Assembly: GCF_964204865.1 (NCBI RefSeq)
Contig: NC_135264.1
Coordinates: 12,462,001-12,526,000, forward strand
Reading direction: 5' to 3'
DNA from: Styela clava
Taxonomy: Eukaryota
Length of the DNA: 64,000 bases
The number at the start of each line of letters is the position of its first letter. Positions within the stretch are counted from its first letter, which is position 1. A model generated the notes under the pieces. That model did no database searches. It was not told the DNA's origin and was given only the letters and a program-made list of their open reading frames with translations. The translations under genes and the position numbers were made by a program. Positions 53,102-64,000 of this stretch are shown piece by piece.

Positions 53102-53414
53102 GTCTAGGAGAAAAGCGTATTTTCTAAAAAACAACAATCACGCCAATAACAACAAAACGTATGAAAACAACAGCGATTTAGCAAAACGATTCACAATTCC
53201 ACTTCGTACCTACTGTCGTAACAATAAGTTTCGCCCGGCGCTTCGGTTGGGGTTGATTTGTTTACCCGTTAATTAGGGGTAAGTCCAACGGTAGATACAC
53301 AGACGTGACCACACGTGAAACGACATTGGCGATCTATTACTATCACTTCTGGCCCTAGTTGCCCTGCGGTATGTGTTCAACGTTTAGCCTGTTTGTAAGC
53401 AGCTGTGTGCTGCG

Positions 53415-53595
53415 ATAGTTTCCCGACGCTCTAGAAGTGTACGTAGACTGAATCCTATGGGCAGGGAGCATATTCACTTGGCTAACACAGACAGTCCCCG
53501 AACTCGTAATAGAACGAAAATAAGAAAAATGGGAATAAAATCACGGCCTAATCCTAACCTGGTACATACACTACGGGAGTACTAGTTTCCCAGAA
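53415..53595 (-). repeat. Dispersed repeat, inverted copy of about 61045-61275
   Basis: GGCTAACACAGACAGTCCC...CCTAATCCTAACCTGGTAC...GTTTCC is the reverse complement of GGAAAC...GTACCAGATTAGGGTT...GGGACTGTCTGTGTTAGCC. Confidence 0.75.
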
Positions 53596-54199
53596 GTCGT
53601 GTCGATGCTGCAATTCTGGAGAAACATTATCAACATGCTTTTGAAGAAAAGAAATTTACGTTTGGCGCTAGTTGTCATTCGCAATATTAAGATGTTGTTG
53701 TTTACACCAAGCAGAAGCAACTATCTCACCTGTAAACGCAGATCCGTGCCAAACCAAGGTGAGACAGCTGTACTTGGAATATACAGGTAACCGAGAGCAG
53801 GTCGCTGAAACACAGGCAGTACTGTGCGATGACGCGCTTGCTGCAATCTGGGTCTACTACCTAAGACTTTCTCAACTAAGACGAAACAGACGCAGGTAGT
53901 ACAGTCTAGTGCCATATTGTAGCAGAGTGTTTGGTTCTTACCTGCCATCATATCGAAATAAATAAATTTATCTGTCCATTTAAATTACAAATCGAGCGTA
54001 TCAATTCACTTCGGTATCGGTACCGGTAAAGCATCAGCTGAGCACAGAGTATTCCGAAAATGGCGGACTAATGTGACGTAATGTCACGTGTTGGCACCAT
54101 ATGCACAAAAATCTGGCGCGCGGAGTATGCATAGTATAATCTATGCTGGAGTAGGATTATTGGACACGGACCTATGGATCTAGAACTAAAATTAGTCCA

Positions 54200-54500
54200 T
54201 TTAAAAATGCTCTAATCTTGGCTTCATCCAGTGTGTCGCCTGATGTCGAACAGATAGCAAGCGTAATGCAACAACAAGTGTCACATTAATTTCCATTTGT
54301 AATTTTTTTGTCTAGTACTGTGACTTGAGTCCACGAGTGGTCGCAGTGCTCGTTATTTGAAATCTAAAATTTCAACTCCTGATCTGTGTAACAAATGTGA
54401 TTCATCAGCCACGCGTTCGGTTTTCACCTTTCTCAGAAATACATGTGCGGCCCGCCAAGATTTGTAATCCCTAATTTTGGCCCGCAATCGACAAAGGGTG
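54200..54500 (+). mobile_element. hAT transposase extreme C-terminus and 3' end remnant
   Basis: Translates FKNALILASSSVSPDVEQIASVMQQQVSH*, followed by GCGGCCCGC / TGGCCCGC subterminal motifs. Confidence 0.6.
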
Positions 54501-54677
54501 TTCAAAAATATGAAGAAACTGAACAAGTAGTATTATTCTTATGTGAAAATTTATAATATGCAATTATGAAAATCGATTGGTTCTGGGCATCACATATGCG
54601 TTAACTAAAAATCACAATTTATTCATTCTGTTGAAATGATATAACGCAACACAAAGAACTTCTCTCTAAGTCTAAAC

Positions 54678-55473
54678 CAAGCCTGCACAACCTTTTTGGT
54701 GTCGTGGCCCCTTTCACATGGAGAAATACATTGCGGGCGGCAAACGATTTTATTAAACTAAGTATACATACACCAGTTCTGATTTACGTGAGAATTTACA
54801 TAATACCTAAAAAGTAAGTTTGTTTACGTAAAAATCATCAGCCAATAGTTAGTGGTTACTGAGTAGGGCTGGGCATAATAATCGAATATTACAATAGCGG
54901 CTTACTATTCGACTATCTTGTAACACGTGACCTGAACGCGCTCAATCAGAAGATTCATTTAACGCAAAAACAAACATAGACAGGATAGGAAAATACGAAC
55001 AGAAAAAAGAAAACGAATCCCAGAGCCAGTAGTAAATATATTATTTGTTATTGTATAACGGCGATAAAGCGATCAAAGCCGACAAGAAATATAATAATCC
55101 GAATAAAATTAATTCAAAAACGTGGGTTTTAAATTGCAACTCCCTTTTTCTTTTTTATCAGCGTCTCGTCACTAATGATCGCACAGTAGCTTTAAAGTTT
55201 ACTGAACAGAACCCACAGTCCTGCAAGTAATGAAAAAAAAAAATATGTATATCGATGTCAACAAGAGCGTAAGACTTGATACATGCGTAATAAGGAGAAG
55301 GGACTTTTGGATGTTGATGACCGGGACCATCAAACACAAATCACGAAAGAGCTTATATTAAATAGTAAATATTACAAATTCAAAATGTTTGCTTATAAAC
55401 TCGTTATATAGCGAATCGCAGTAAACAGCCTGACGGGTTACACGCGGCTCGCTGGCCGGGTTGGGCAGCCTTG
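54678..55473. mobile_element. hAT-type MITE, older
   Basis: Imperfect TIRs CAAGCCTGCACAACC / GGTTGGGCAGCCTTG and a degenerate TSD GTCTAAAC / CTCTAAGC. Confidence 0.6.
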
Positions 55474-55479
55474 CTCTAA

Positions 55480-55544
55480 GCAGTGATCGTTTAGTAATTT
55501 AGTTAGACTCTAGACTAGAGTCTAAAGTTCTAAACGATCACTGC
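55480..55544. repeat. 65-bp near-perfect hairpin
   Basis: Outer arms GCAGTGATCGTTTAG / CTAAACGATCACTGC; inner TTAGACTCTAG-A-CTAGAGTCTAA. Confidence 0.9.
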
Positions 55545-55608
55545 ACAGCTCACTTTGTAGTAAATTTTCTGAAAGTTTCGAAAACTAGTAAAACAAACTT
55601 ATTTACAA

Positions 55609-55687
55609 CATTTGACGTATTGCTGAATTTGAAATAAAGCAAAATGTTGTCATAGATTTATCACACACGTCAGCAATACGTCAAATG
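55609..55687. repeat. 18-bp perfect inverted repeat with 43-bp spacer
   Basis: CATTTGACGTATTGCTGA ... TCAGCAATACGTCAAATG. Confidence 0.9.
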
Positions 55688-55849
55688 AGTTAGCATTGGG
55701 ATGGATTGTAAATATACTATGGCTGCTAATCCCGGTATGGGGATGTAAGAACTGCAAGTTCGTTACGTAGTTTTATGTTGTCATGTGTGCAGTGGCAAGA
55801 AGGAGTTGGAATTCTTGACGCTTCAGCTCGATTAAATCTGGCGAAATCG

Positions 55850-57020
55850 AGTATATAACGAATGGGGCCATAGTAAGCAAATTTACTATTGTGACAGATT
55901 GAGTAATCGCATAAAGTCGTCTCTTTTTATAATCAACTTCTATTCTAAAATGAAAACATCAACACTGAATCACATGGAAGTTGTCAGTAATCGTATGCTG
56001 CAATACTGAGCATTCTGCACGTTTGTGGTCAACTACAACTTATCAAGCTTCAAACAAGTTACCACAGGCTCGTGTTAGTTTATTTGAACTTACCACAGAA
56101 TGAGAAAGCTAAGCTCTAATATCAAGGAAAGCGTCCACAAGAATAAACAAAGGAAAAGCACCATATCGTGCATACATATTTGCTGCATATTTATTTTCGA
56201 TTTTTTTTTGGGCGTATTCTGAGTGCCTTCTGATTGCAGTGACATTATCTCATGGTCATCAAAATCCTTAGTGTTAAACGAAATGCTTTTTTAGATAAAA
56301 GCATAAACAGTGGAAAGCACCATGACGTGCATTCATTTTACCACGGAGAAACATAAAATATTCTGTATTTCTGTTACGAAAACAGTTGCAATTAATATTT
56401 ACTTCCGACGGAAACACTGTAGAAAAAATTGAACTGAAGTTCATTCAAAAGTTCTGTCAAACCAAGTATATATCGAATGCGGCCATAGTGAGCAAGCGTA
56501 CTAGTGCGACAGAATAGGTAATTGCATAAAGTCATCACTCTTCGTAACAAAATCTTATTCTAAAATAAAAACATCAACATGGAAGTTGTGAGTAATCGTA
56601 TTCCGCAATACTGAGTATTCTACACGTTTGCAGTCAACTACAGCTTATCAAGCTGCAAACAAGTTACCACAGGCTCGTGTTAGTTTATTTAAAACTACCA
56701 CAGACTGAGAAAGCTAAGCTCTAATAGCACGGAGCTATTCCACATAAATAAACAATGGAAAGCACCATATCGTGCACTGCATATGTAATTTCGATTGTTT
56801 TTTGTTATGGTGATATTCTCAGTGCCTTTTGATTGCAGTGACATTATCTCACGGTTTTCAACACCATCAATGTTGAACTAAAATAGTACGGAATGCATTT
56901 TTTGGCAAAGGTATAAACGGTGGAAAGCACCATGACGTGCAATCATTTTACCAACGAAAAATACTGTATGTCTGTTACGAAAACAATTGCAATTAATATT
57001 TACTTCCGGCGGAAACTGTG
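55850..57020 (+). repeat. Diverged 2-copy tandem duplication, period about 615 bp
   Basis: About 55850-56420 aligns to about 56465-57020 (e.g. AAACAAGTTACCACAGGCTCGTGTTAGTTT, TGAGAAAGCTAAGCTCTAATA). Confidence 0.9.
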
Positions 57021-58796
57021 GAGTTCATAATAACTTTCGAAGTTAAAAGAACTTATAGTTACCAGAAATAAATCTATAAAACGCTTTTCAATTTGAACAC
57101 TTCAAATTAGTTTGCAAGTTTGAAAATAATAACAATACAGACGTTTACTGTGGGCGCTTCGTCATGTAGTAAGAGTATATGAAGTGGTAACTCTTACTCC
57201 GCGTGCTCTATTCCCATGTACTAATGACGTACTCATTGAAATATTTCGTGACATTATTTCTGGCAAAGCATAAAAGGCTTGCACAAAAAGTTTATTTTCG
57301 TAAACCATATAAGGAAACGAATGATGTGTCAACCGCAACATTCATTGGTTGAAAAGTATTCGAGTCCGAAGTAGCCATGTATGTTCAATTTATACTTTAT
57401 GCGCTACCTACAGGCCTAGCTATATCTACTCGAATTGAATTTCGGGAATTCTCTACTCTCCTTGAAAATGAATACATAAATAAGCATCAAATTACCCAGC
57501 ATAACGAAGTTTCGGCATTCCCTTCCCGGATCACGCAAAATCCCGGATTATCGCAAAAACAACTTTTCTTCATGACATGCTTTTGCAGTAAAACGTAGAT
57601 TATCAAGCACGCTTACCACATGCCAGTGTTATTTTAATAAAAAATACCGCTCATACCGTGATATACTTAGCTTGATAAAACGAAATTCAAAAAGTTTCAT
57701 AAACACATATTTACTTTCAAAATACTGTGGTACCACGGGAGGCTACTTCAAAGAAATACCGAAAACAATGGAAAGCAATATATCGTGCATAAATAAATCT
57801 ATTTTAGGAATTTTCCCGTTCCGATTTTTTATGAAAAAAATGAAATTTGAGTTATTACTTATCTTATTTGATTCTTCGCTAACTCGATATAGATCTGAAA
57901 GTATTTCGTTACAAAAATAAATTCCTGCAACTATAACTAGAGTGCAATTCGGTCTAGCAGTGAAAATATCAAATCCGCTTTGTATACTTACATACGGAAT
58001 AGCTGGAAAATATTGCGTAAAGAAAGCTTCGATCCAACTGTTTGCTTGCTATGGTTGCCTATTTTTTTTCTATTAATTTAGGTTTCTTAGGCTTCTTTTT
58101 CTGAGGAAAATTGTCTTAAAATACGAATAAAAAATTAAGTAGTTTTTGTTATATTTAACAGCGTCGATGGCCGAATGTCACATTGCATCGAATTTAAATA
58201 ACTTTTTTAAAAAACATTTCTTGACAATGTATCTTCATTGGAGAAATTTTGTCAATAGTATTCCAGTCTAGGATTCTTCAAATTTGTCCTTCAAAAGAAA
58301 GCATAATCATGGAAACATTCGAATCCCAGCATTGTTCTTTGTCAATTGTCATTGTTTTTAAACAAATATTTGTAAAACTGAAAAATCGCGACGAGTTTAT
58401 TCATTTTTATTGTTACAGTTGACATACTGTAAATTGAAAATAATATTTGACATTTCAATTTTGAGCGATCGAAACTTTTCGGCTATTGTCAACTAGCGGT
58501 GGTTGTCATTCAAGGCCAATTAGAAATTAGATTTTAGAAGTTTTTGATAATTGTCTCTTATATTTTCATTAATCTCTCCGTTTTGTTAAAGAAGTACTCT
58601 TCCTTTAACTTAAAATATGGGTCTAAAAATGTTTCATTGAAGCAAAAAAAATCAGTGTTTATAATAATTTATATTGGTGGAAGCTCTAGAGCGGGTAAAA
58701 AGCTTTTGTGGTTGGATTATCCTACAATGTCTAGAAACTCTATAAAATGGCATGCAATATGAAAAAGCTAGCAATATCTGGTATCCTTCTACCAAA

Positions 58797-60074
58797 ATGA
58801 AACTCTTCATTGCTATATTGCTTTGTGCAGGAACTTTTCTGTGCTCAGCGGAGTCGAAAAATGAGAGAATACGTCGATCGACGCCATTTTGCGCCGTTAA
58901 AAACCCGCCGTAAGTATAGCAGATATAGCAATGAGTAGCCCTCTTATATGTCGCCGTTCTTAGAAGTTTATTCGTGATTATAATATTATTTTTTTTTTTA
59001 ATACCACAGATCGAAGAATCCCAACCAATGCGAAACGAAGCCAGTGTCCAGATGTCCACAAAGAGATTGCATTTTTCGTGTTAGAGAGGGTAAATTGAAC
59101 ACTTGGGAAACAGTTGAATTGATATGGGAATTGGACAAACACGTGGAAGAATGCAAGTATGTCTACACTAAGTTTTACTACTACAAATATATATACAATC
59201 ACATCATAGAGTAATTTTTTTTTGACCTGATATTTTAATGAAACAATTTAGATTATCATTCTTTCATTTAGAATTTGACAACTCGAGTCGACCTTGCCGT
59301 CTGAATATTGTAATTTATCTTTTTAATATTATCTTTCCGGCACTTGTTTTAGGAACAGGGTATCTGGAATGAAATGTAGCAACGCTAATCTTCCGTGCAA
59401 ATGTCGCCACAAAGGCAAAACATTATGGGAAAAGGCTTATGTTTGGGTAAAGATCGCTGGGAAATTGGAAGTACAAAATCGCTGGATCAGATTCACGGTA
59501 TTTCATTTTATATATTTACAATTTTATAAAGACAATGAAAAGAGTTAGAGGTGATAGACAAGGAAAAGTATGTTAAACTATCTATGACGTCATCTGACCT
59601 ATGATGTCACAAAATGTCTTTCAATGTGCATTGTGTGGTGAACTTAAATAACTAATAGGTTTCGAAATATATTAACATCAATAAAATATTTGAAACTTTG
59701 ACCCGATTAAATTACTAATAAGTTTTAGTACAAGTGTTGTGCATTTTCAGAGTTAAAGTTTTATGTACAAGCTATGTTATTTGAAGCACTTTATTAATAT
59801 ATATCTGTATTTTTATGTTTTTTTGCTGTGATATATGCGTTCGTACAAAATTTATATCTATTGTAAACAAGATCAAAAACATTTAAATCTAGAATATTGA
59901 TAGAATTAATAATTACTAAACTATAAGAATTTAACATTTCAAACCTTTGGAAAAGTTACTAATTTTCGACAAAGCTTGAGTTTTGATTAACAACAATTTA
60001 TAATATTATTCTTGACTTTTTTTCAGATCCCAGATGGATGCATGTGTGCAGTGGTTAATGTCCCTCACAGATAA
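58797..60074 (+). CDS. Gene F: secreted short-form family member with furin-type site, 150 aa; exons 58797-58909, 59010-59156, 59353-59497, 60027-60074
   Basis: MKLFIAILLCAGTFLCSA-ESKNERIRR-STPFCAVKNPP|SKNPNQC...HVEECK|NRVSGMKCSNANLPCKCRHKG...NRWIRFT|IPDGCMCAVVNVPHR*. Intron phases 2, 2, 0; TATAAAA at 58741. Confidence 0.9.
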
Positions 60075-61044
60075 ATCAGCTTTCCTTTCAATTGCTGGCA
60101 AAAATGAGAACATTTAATTATGATTTGACACATTGGTGCTTATAATGTTTTTTTTTGGCTTTCTCTTATCGTTTGTTCAAAAATAATGTAATGCATTGTT
60201 ATTCTAAACTATAAAAATTAAACTGCTAGAGACTAATTTTGAATATTATGATAATAAAATAAATTGTATTCCGGACAACATTGTTTGATGAGTTTATAAC
60301 GATAGTAAGGCTATTTTGAGTAGAACAATATGATACTGGCTTTTGTGGTTTTATATCGGAGCGAAAAATATTCAAAAAACAGTAACTTGTGAGTTGATGA
60401 ACAAATGTAAATTGGTGGAAAAGCATCAATATTAACCCCCCAAAATAAGGTTTTCGAATTAAAATATAGACAAGGATTTGGAACTCTTCATCAATAATCC
60501 ACTATTGTCTTATGTCCGCTAAAATTAGTAATAAAAACATGTTTCTAATTGAAGAAAGAAAAGTACGACACAATTTGCTTTGTTTACCTTCGAGTCTGTG
60601 ACGTCATACTGAAAACGCTAAAACACATGATTCGAACCTGTTGTAGCTATGCGCGCTCAGCCTTTCCCCCTTTTTGTGTTGCATTGTCGATGTAAGCAGT
60701 ATTTCCGACTCACCAGTACAACCTCGTACATCTGCTAACAACTCATTGATCATGTAAAAATCCCAAAGTCACTCGTTGTTGTGTGTTTTTATTTTGTATG
60801 AATAACATTGTTGTGAGCAGAAATCTTTGCCTATAGTCTGGAGAGTTTTTTTTATCTCTGCTTTGGTCAACAACGAACAAAGTACAATTTTCATGATAAG
60901 AGCATGTGGTTCGGCATCAATGTATTTTTCTAGCGGTCTAATGACCGATTACATTACAATTTTAATAATATGTTTTGTATACTTATATTTATAAAGTTGA
61001 GAATACATAACGGAGGCTTCAATACGTGAATACATAATTGAATA

Positions 61045-61275
61045 GGAAACTGGGTAAAAAATTCGGTACTTTCGTATAGTATAGGTACCAGATTAGGGTT
61101 GAGCCATAATTTTATTCCGATTTTCTTATATTAGTTCTAAGAGTTCAGGGACTGTCTGTGTTAGCCACGTGACCTTCTGCTCATAGGCTTTCGTCCCTTT
61201 ACACAACTTGATGTGAAGTAGGTGAAAAAAATTAGTTACCTCCATATTGGTACACACTTCTGGAGCGCCAGAAAT
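61045..61275 (+). repeat. Dispersed repeat, same family as 53415-53595
   Basis: Reverse-complement similarity to 53415-53595. Confidence 0.75.
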
Positions 61276-62151
61276 CCTATATGTAATATCAAATTTATAT
61301 CGACTTTAAGTGCGGATTCAACTCTTGGTCTGAATCCATAGCTATTCTGATTTTAAAAATAAAAAATGAATTTACCGCTCCATGGCATTTTAAAAACAAA
61401 AATTCATTTTGTTCATTTTGAATGGCAAGAATTTGTTTTTTAATAAACCACGGCATCACGAAAAGCTCCGAACGGATTAAACTATAACCATTTGGAAGTA
61501 TGGTTGAGATGGATTAGATGGAAATTTCAGATTTAAAAACCTCTATTTTTTATAATGAAAAATATGGTTTTTCATCGTTTAGTCTTAAAATAGAATATGC
61601 AATATGCAAAAAATCTTGCTACCTTATTATTTCAACATATTAAAGGTTCAATATTTCAAGTAAAAAAATTGTTATTTTAAAAAATACGATAAAATTCATT
61701 GAGTGTTTGATTATTTTAATATTCGGCTTTCTAATTCCTAGTGGTATAATTAGTTCAAATAACTTTTTGACAGTTAGCAGTTGATTATATAGATTTTATT
61801 AAATACAATTTGAATCAGACCACCCGCGTGAAAATAATCCGACGTAAAGCTGTACATTGTTTATCGCAGGTTGTAATCAATAGGACAAAGAAGTTTTTAA
61901 AATCGAAACGATGCCACAAGTTTTCTGCCACAAGGAATTACCTGTAAATAATAAAATTAATTTTTGTTCAAATAAATACAGTCGCTTATACGTCATAAAC
62001 ATTTTTTCCCTTCCATTTCTCTCAAATATCAAAATTGAAGATTCAAAACAATTTTCGTTTTAACAATAATGCATTTTTTTTCATTTCAGTCTATCTATTT
62101 AACGCCAATCTGCTAAGACAAGTTTTCATATGCTCTTATTGTTGCTTCACA

Positions 62152-63432
62152 ATGAGACTGTTTACGCTGGTCATTTTCGCCACATGTGTTGTGCTGGGTT
62201 CGGCGCTTCCTCCACCATGCATGACGAAAAAACCACCGTGAGTATCAAAGACTAACATGTCCAATTGTTTCGAAAGTTGCGTAATTATTTTATTTGTTAT
62301 TATTACAAATTTTTCAATTTTTTCACGAGAAGAAAATGTTGTTTACGGATAGCTGATCAAAGTGTTGATATGCATATTCACAAAATAATATTAAATTTAT
62401 CATTTCAAACCCCAAATTTTTTACTAAAAATTAAATTAGAAAAATTTTAAAATTATGCAAGTTTTAAATAATTTGTGTTTGATTGGAAACTAAACAATTG
62501 TGTAACTTACTATCTTTCCTTGCGTTATGCTTTTGCGCACTTTGTGTTTGATTATTTTATATGGAAATAATTGCATAGTAGTTATAAAATAAATTATTGC
62601 GTAATATTTCAGATCAGAGAACCCCATGAAATGCACACATGTCCCACAGTCGCTGTTTTGCCTTGTTAGACCATGTACTTTTACGGCAATAGAAGGATTG
62701 ACATTAATAAACCAAAAATTAAAGAGTGTAAAATTAGCGAAAAAAATCAGAGTAACAGTCGATGAATGCAAGTAAGTATAGTTTGATTTTTTAAGGTGTA
62801 TACCAAGAAAAATAGTATCACGTTTTATTATTTTTGTTTCTGAACCAAAATTGTTTAAATTTTTTTTAAATTTATATATTGCCAAATTAGTCCAGAACGA
62901 ATTTCTTATTTTATTTTTGAAGAATAATAATATTATCATTTAAAAAAGTTTAATGAGTCGGCCATGGCGAAGTAACTAACATTGTAATCAACTACTGACT
63001 ATTTCAGAATAATAAAAAACATTTTTCTATGTTCCCACATAACAGAAAACCGGGTCAGAAATGCTCTGGGTATCGTTGCCCATGTAGGTGCTACAATAAG
63101 GGAAAATGGATCTGGGAAGTCGGTATGGTAACAGTGAAAATTAATGGAAACTGGGTATCTGTGCCGAAAGCAGTCAAACTCAGGGTAATTATCTAATATT
63201 GCCATTAGGCTTTCTAGATGTATTTGTGTAGACTACACGTGTATTTTAAATCTATAAAAGCAAAGTAATGTAGGCCTTAAGCAATTAAAAAGGTGATGTA
63301 GAATAGAAATGAAAAAAGAAATTATGGAATAAGTTGTGTTTTGATAGATTAGCACCAATAGTAACTAAAAATACTACTATTGCATTTTTATAGGTGCCAG
63401 GGGGTTGCACGTGCACTGAACCTGATGACTAG
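62152..63432 (+). CDS. Gene G: secreted short-form family member, 140 aa, 11 Cys; exons 62152-62237, 62613-62771, 63046-63184, 63394-63432
   Basis: MRLFTLVIFATCVVLGSA-LPPPCMTKKPP|SENPMKC...VTVDECK|KPGQKCSGYRCPCRCYNKG...AVKLR|VPGGCTCTEPDD*. Intron phases 2, 2, 0. Confidence 0.9.
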
Positions 63433-63663
63433 AATCGATGGCAGATGAAGAAGTTGAAATAAAGAAAATTGAAATTTTTATTCGTAATTAAATTAATTCT
63501 ATTTTGAGCGCCATCAATACTGGAGCAATATAAACAAATACAAGCAAATGTGTGCATTTCAAAGTTGCGTTTTATTTTCATATTGAAGCATTTCTATAAA
63601 ATCCTTCATCAACAATCAGGATTTTCTGTTTATATTTTGACAATATATATACATCTTATAGTG

Positions 63664-64000
63664 CAGGGGTTGAATTTTTTTTAGTATAAGAGCCGCATGC
63701 AGCAATTCAGAAATATGGAAGAACCGCATAATTTTTCAAATTATTAATATTGAAGTTCATTGAATCATTTTCTATTGTAACTGGTACATTGGTCCTAATT
63801 TGGGAGATGCGCTGTTGTGTAGTGCGACGCGAAACCGGCGTTTGGGCTAATACTCGCTTCGTGTTGTTGAGATTCAAGACTGCGACAACATCAGCAATAT
63901 TTTTTTCACAAAATCACGATCAGAGTATAGAAATTTAGCACGATAAATATTCCATGATATACCAAAATTAGATTCAGTTGTTGCATCGAATTTCTTGCCA
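63664..64000. mobile_element. Probable hAT MITE left end, running off the window
   Basis: CAGGGGTT followed by repeated GAGCCGCAT / GAACCGCAT subterminal motifs; right end not visible. Confidence 0.4.

Noticed and set aside
53599-53951. Overlapping GC-richer short ORFs
   Set aside because: They lie within a nest of repeat fragments; no splice structure or recognisable domain.
58747-58800. Upstream ORF ending over the F start codon
   Set aside because: Its ATGs lie within about 20 bp of the TATA box and are probably upstream of the transcription start.
62070-62089. Strong acceptor-like tract upstream of G, possible trans-splice site
   Set aside because: Cannot be distinguished from a 5' UTR intron or chance pyrimidine tract without transcript data.
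62490-62939. 149-aa minus-strand ORF (also 58652-59059)
   Set aside because: Low-information antisense frames over exons and introns of G and F.
12629-63432. Naming the family IL-17, neurotrophin or spaetzle
   Set aside because: The terminal [IV]PxGCxC resembles IL-17, but the SPW and RxP motifs are absent. Neurotrophin and Spaetzle similarity is at motif level only, with extra cysteines and no long pro-domain, so no gene symbol is assigned.

Overview
AT-rich (roughly 30% GC by eye), intron-containing animal DNA. A marine invertebrate such as a tunicate is plausible but is only an inference. Splicing the exons by hand shows the window is one co-oriented (+ strand) cluster of secreted cysteine-rich genes that the ORF track largely misses: one 5'-truncated gene (A), ten complete genes (B1, B2, C1-C4, D, E, F, G) and one pseudogene. 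All intact members end in a P-x-[GD]-C-x-C motif and have a phase-2 intron one codon after the same cysteine. The cysteine layout and strand motifs fit the neurotrophin/Spaetzle/coagulogen branch of cystine-knot proteins (by-eye assignment, not a database hit). There are two architectures. Short forms (140-161 aa, 10-11 Cys, mostly Lys/Arg-rich) have 33-35 residues between the pre-terminal Cys and the final CxC. Long forms expand that same loop with Q/N/Y/G/M low-complexity sequence (98 residues in A, 248 in B), and B adds an acidic plus (GGGGNPMAALM)x4 tail. The array has grown by a ~10.8 kb B+C duplication and ~7.3-7.8 kb C units, with mosaic copies. It carries many hAT (Buster/Charlie-type) non-autonomous elements, two of which sit at the same paralogous 8-bp site. 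Genes D and E share a 20-bp Forkhead + NF-kB-type promoter motif.
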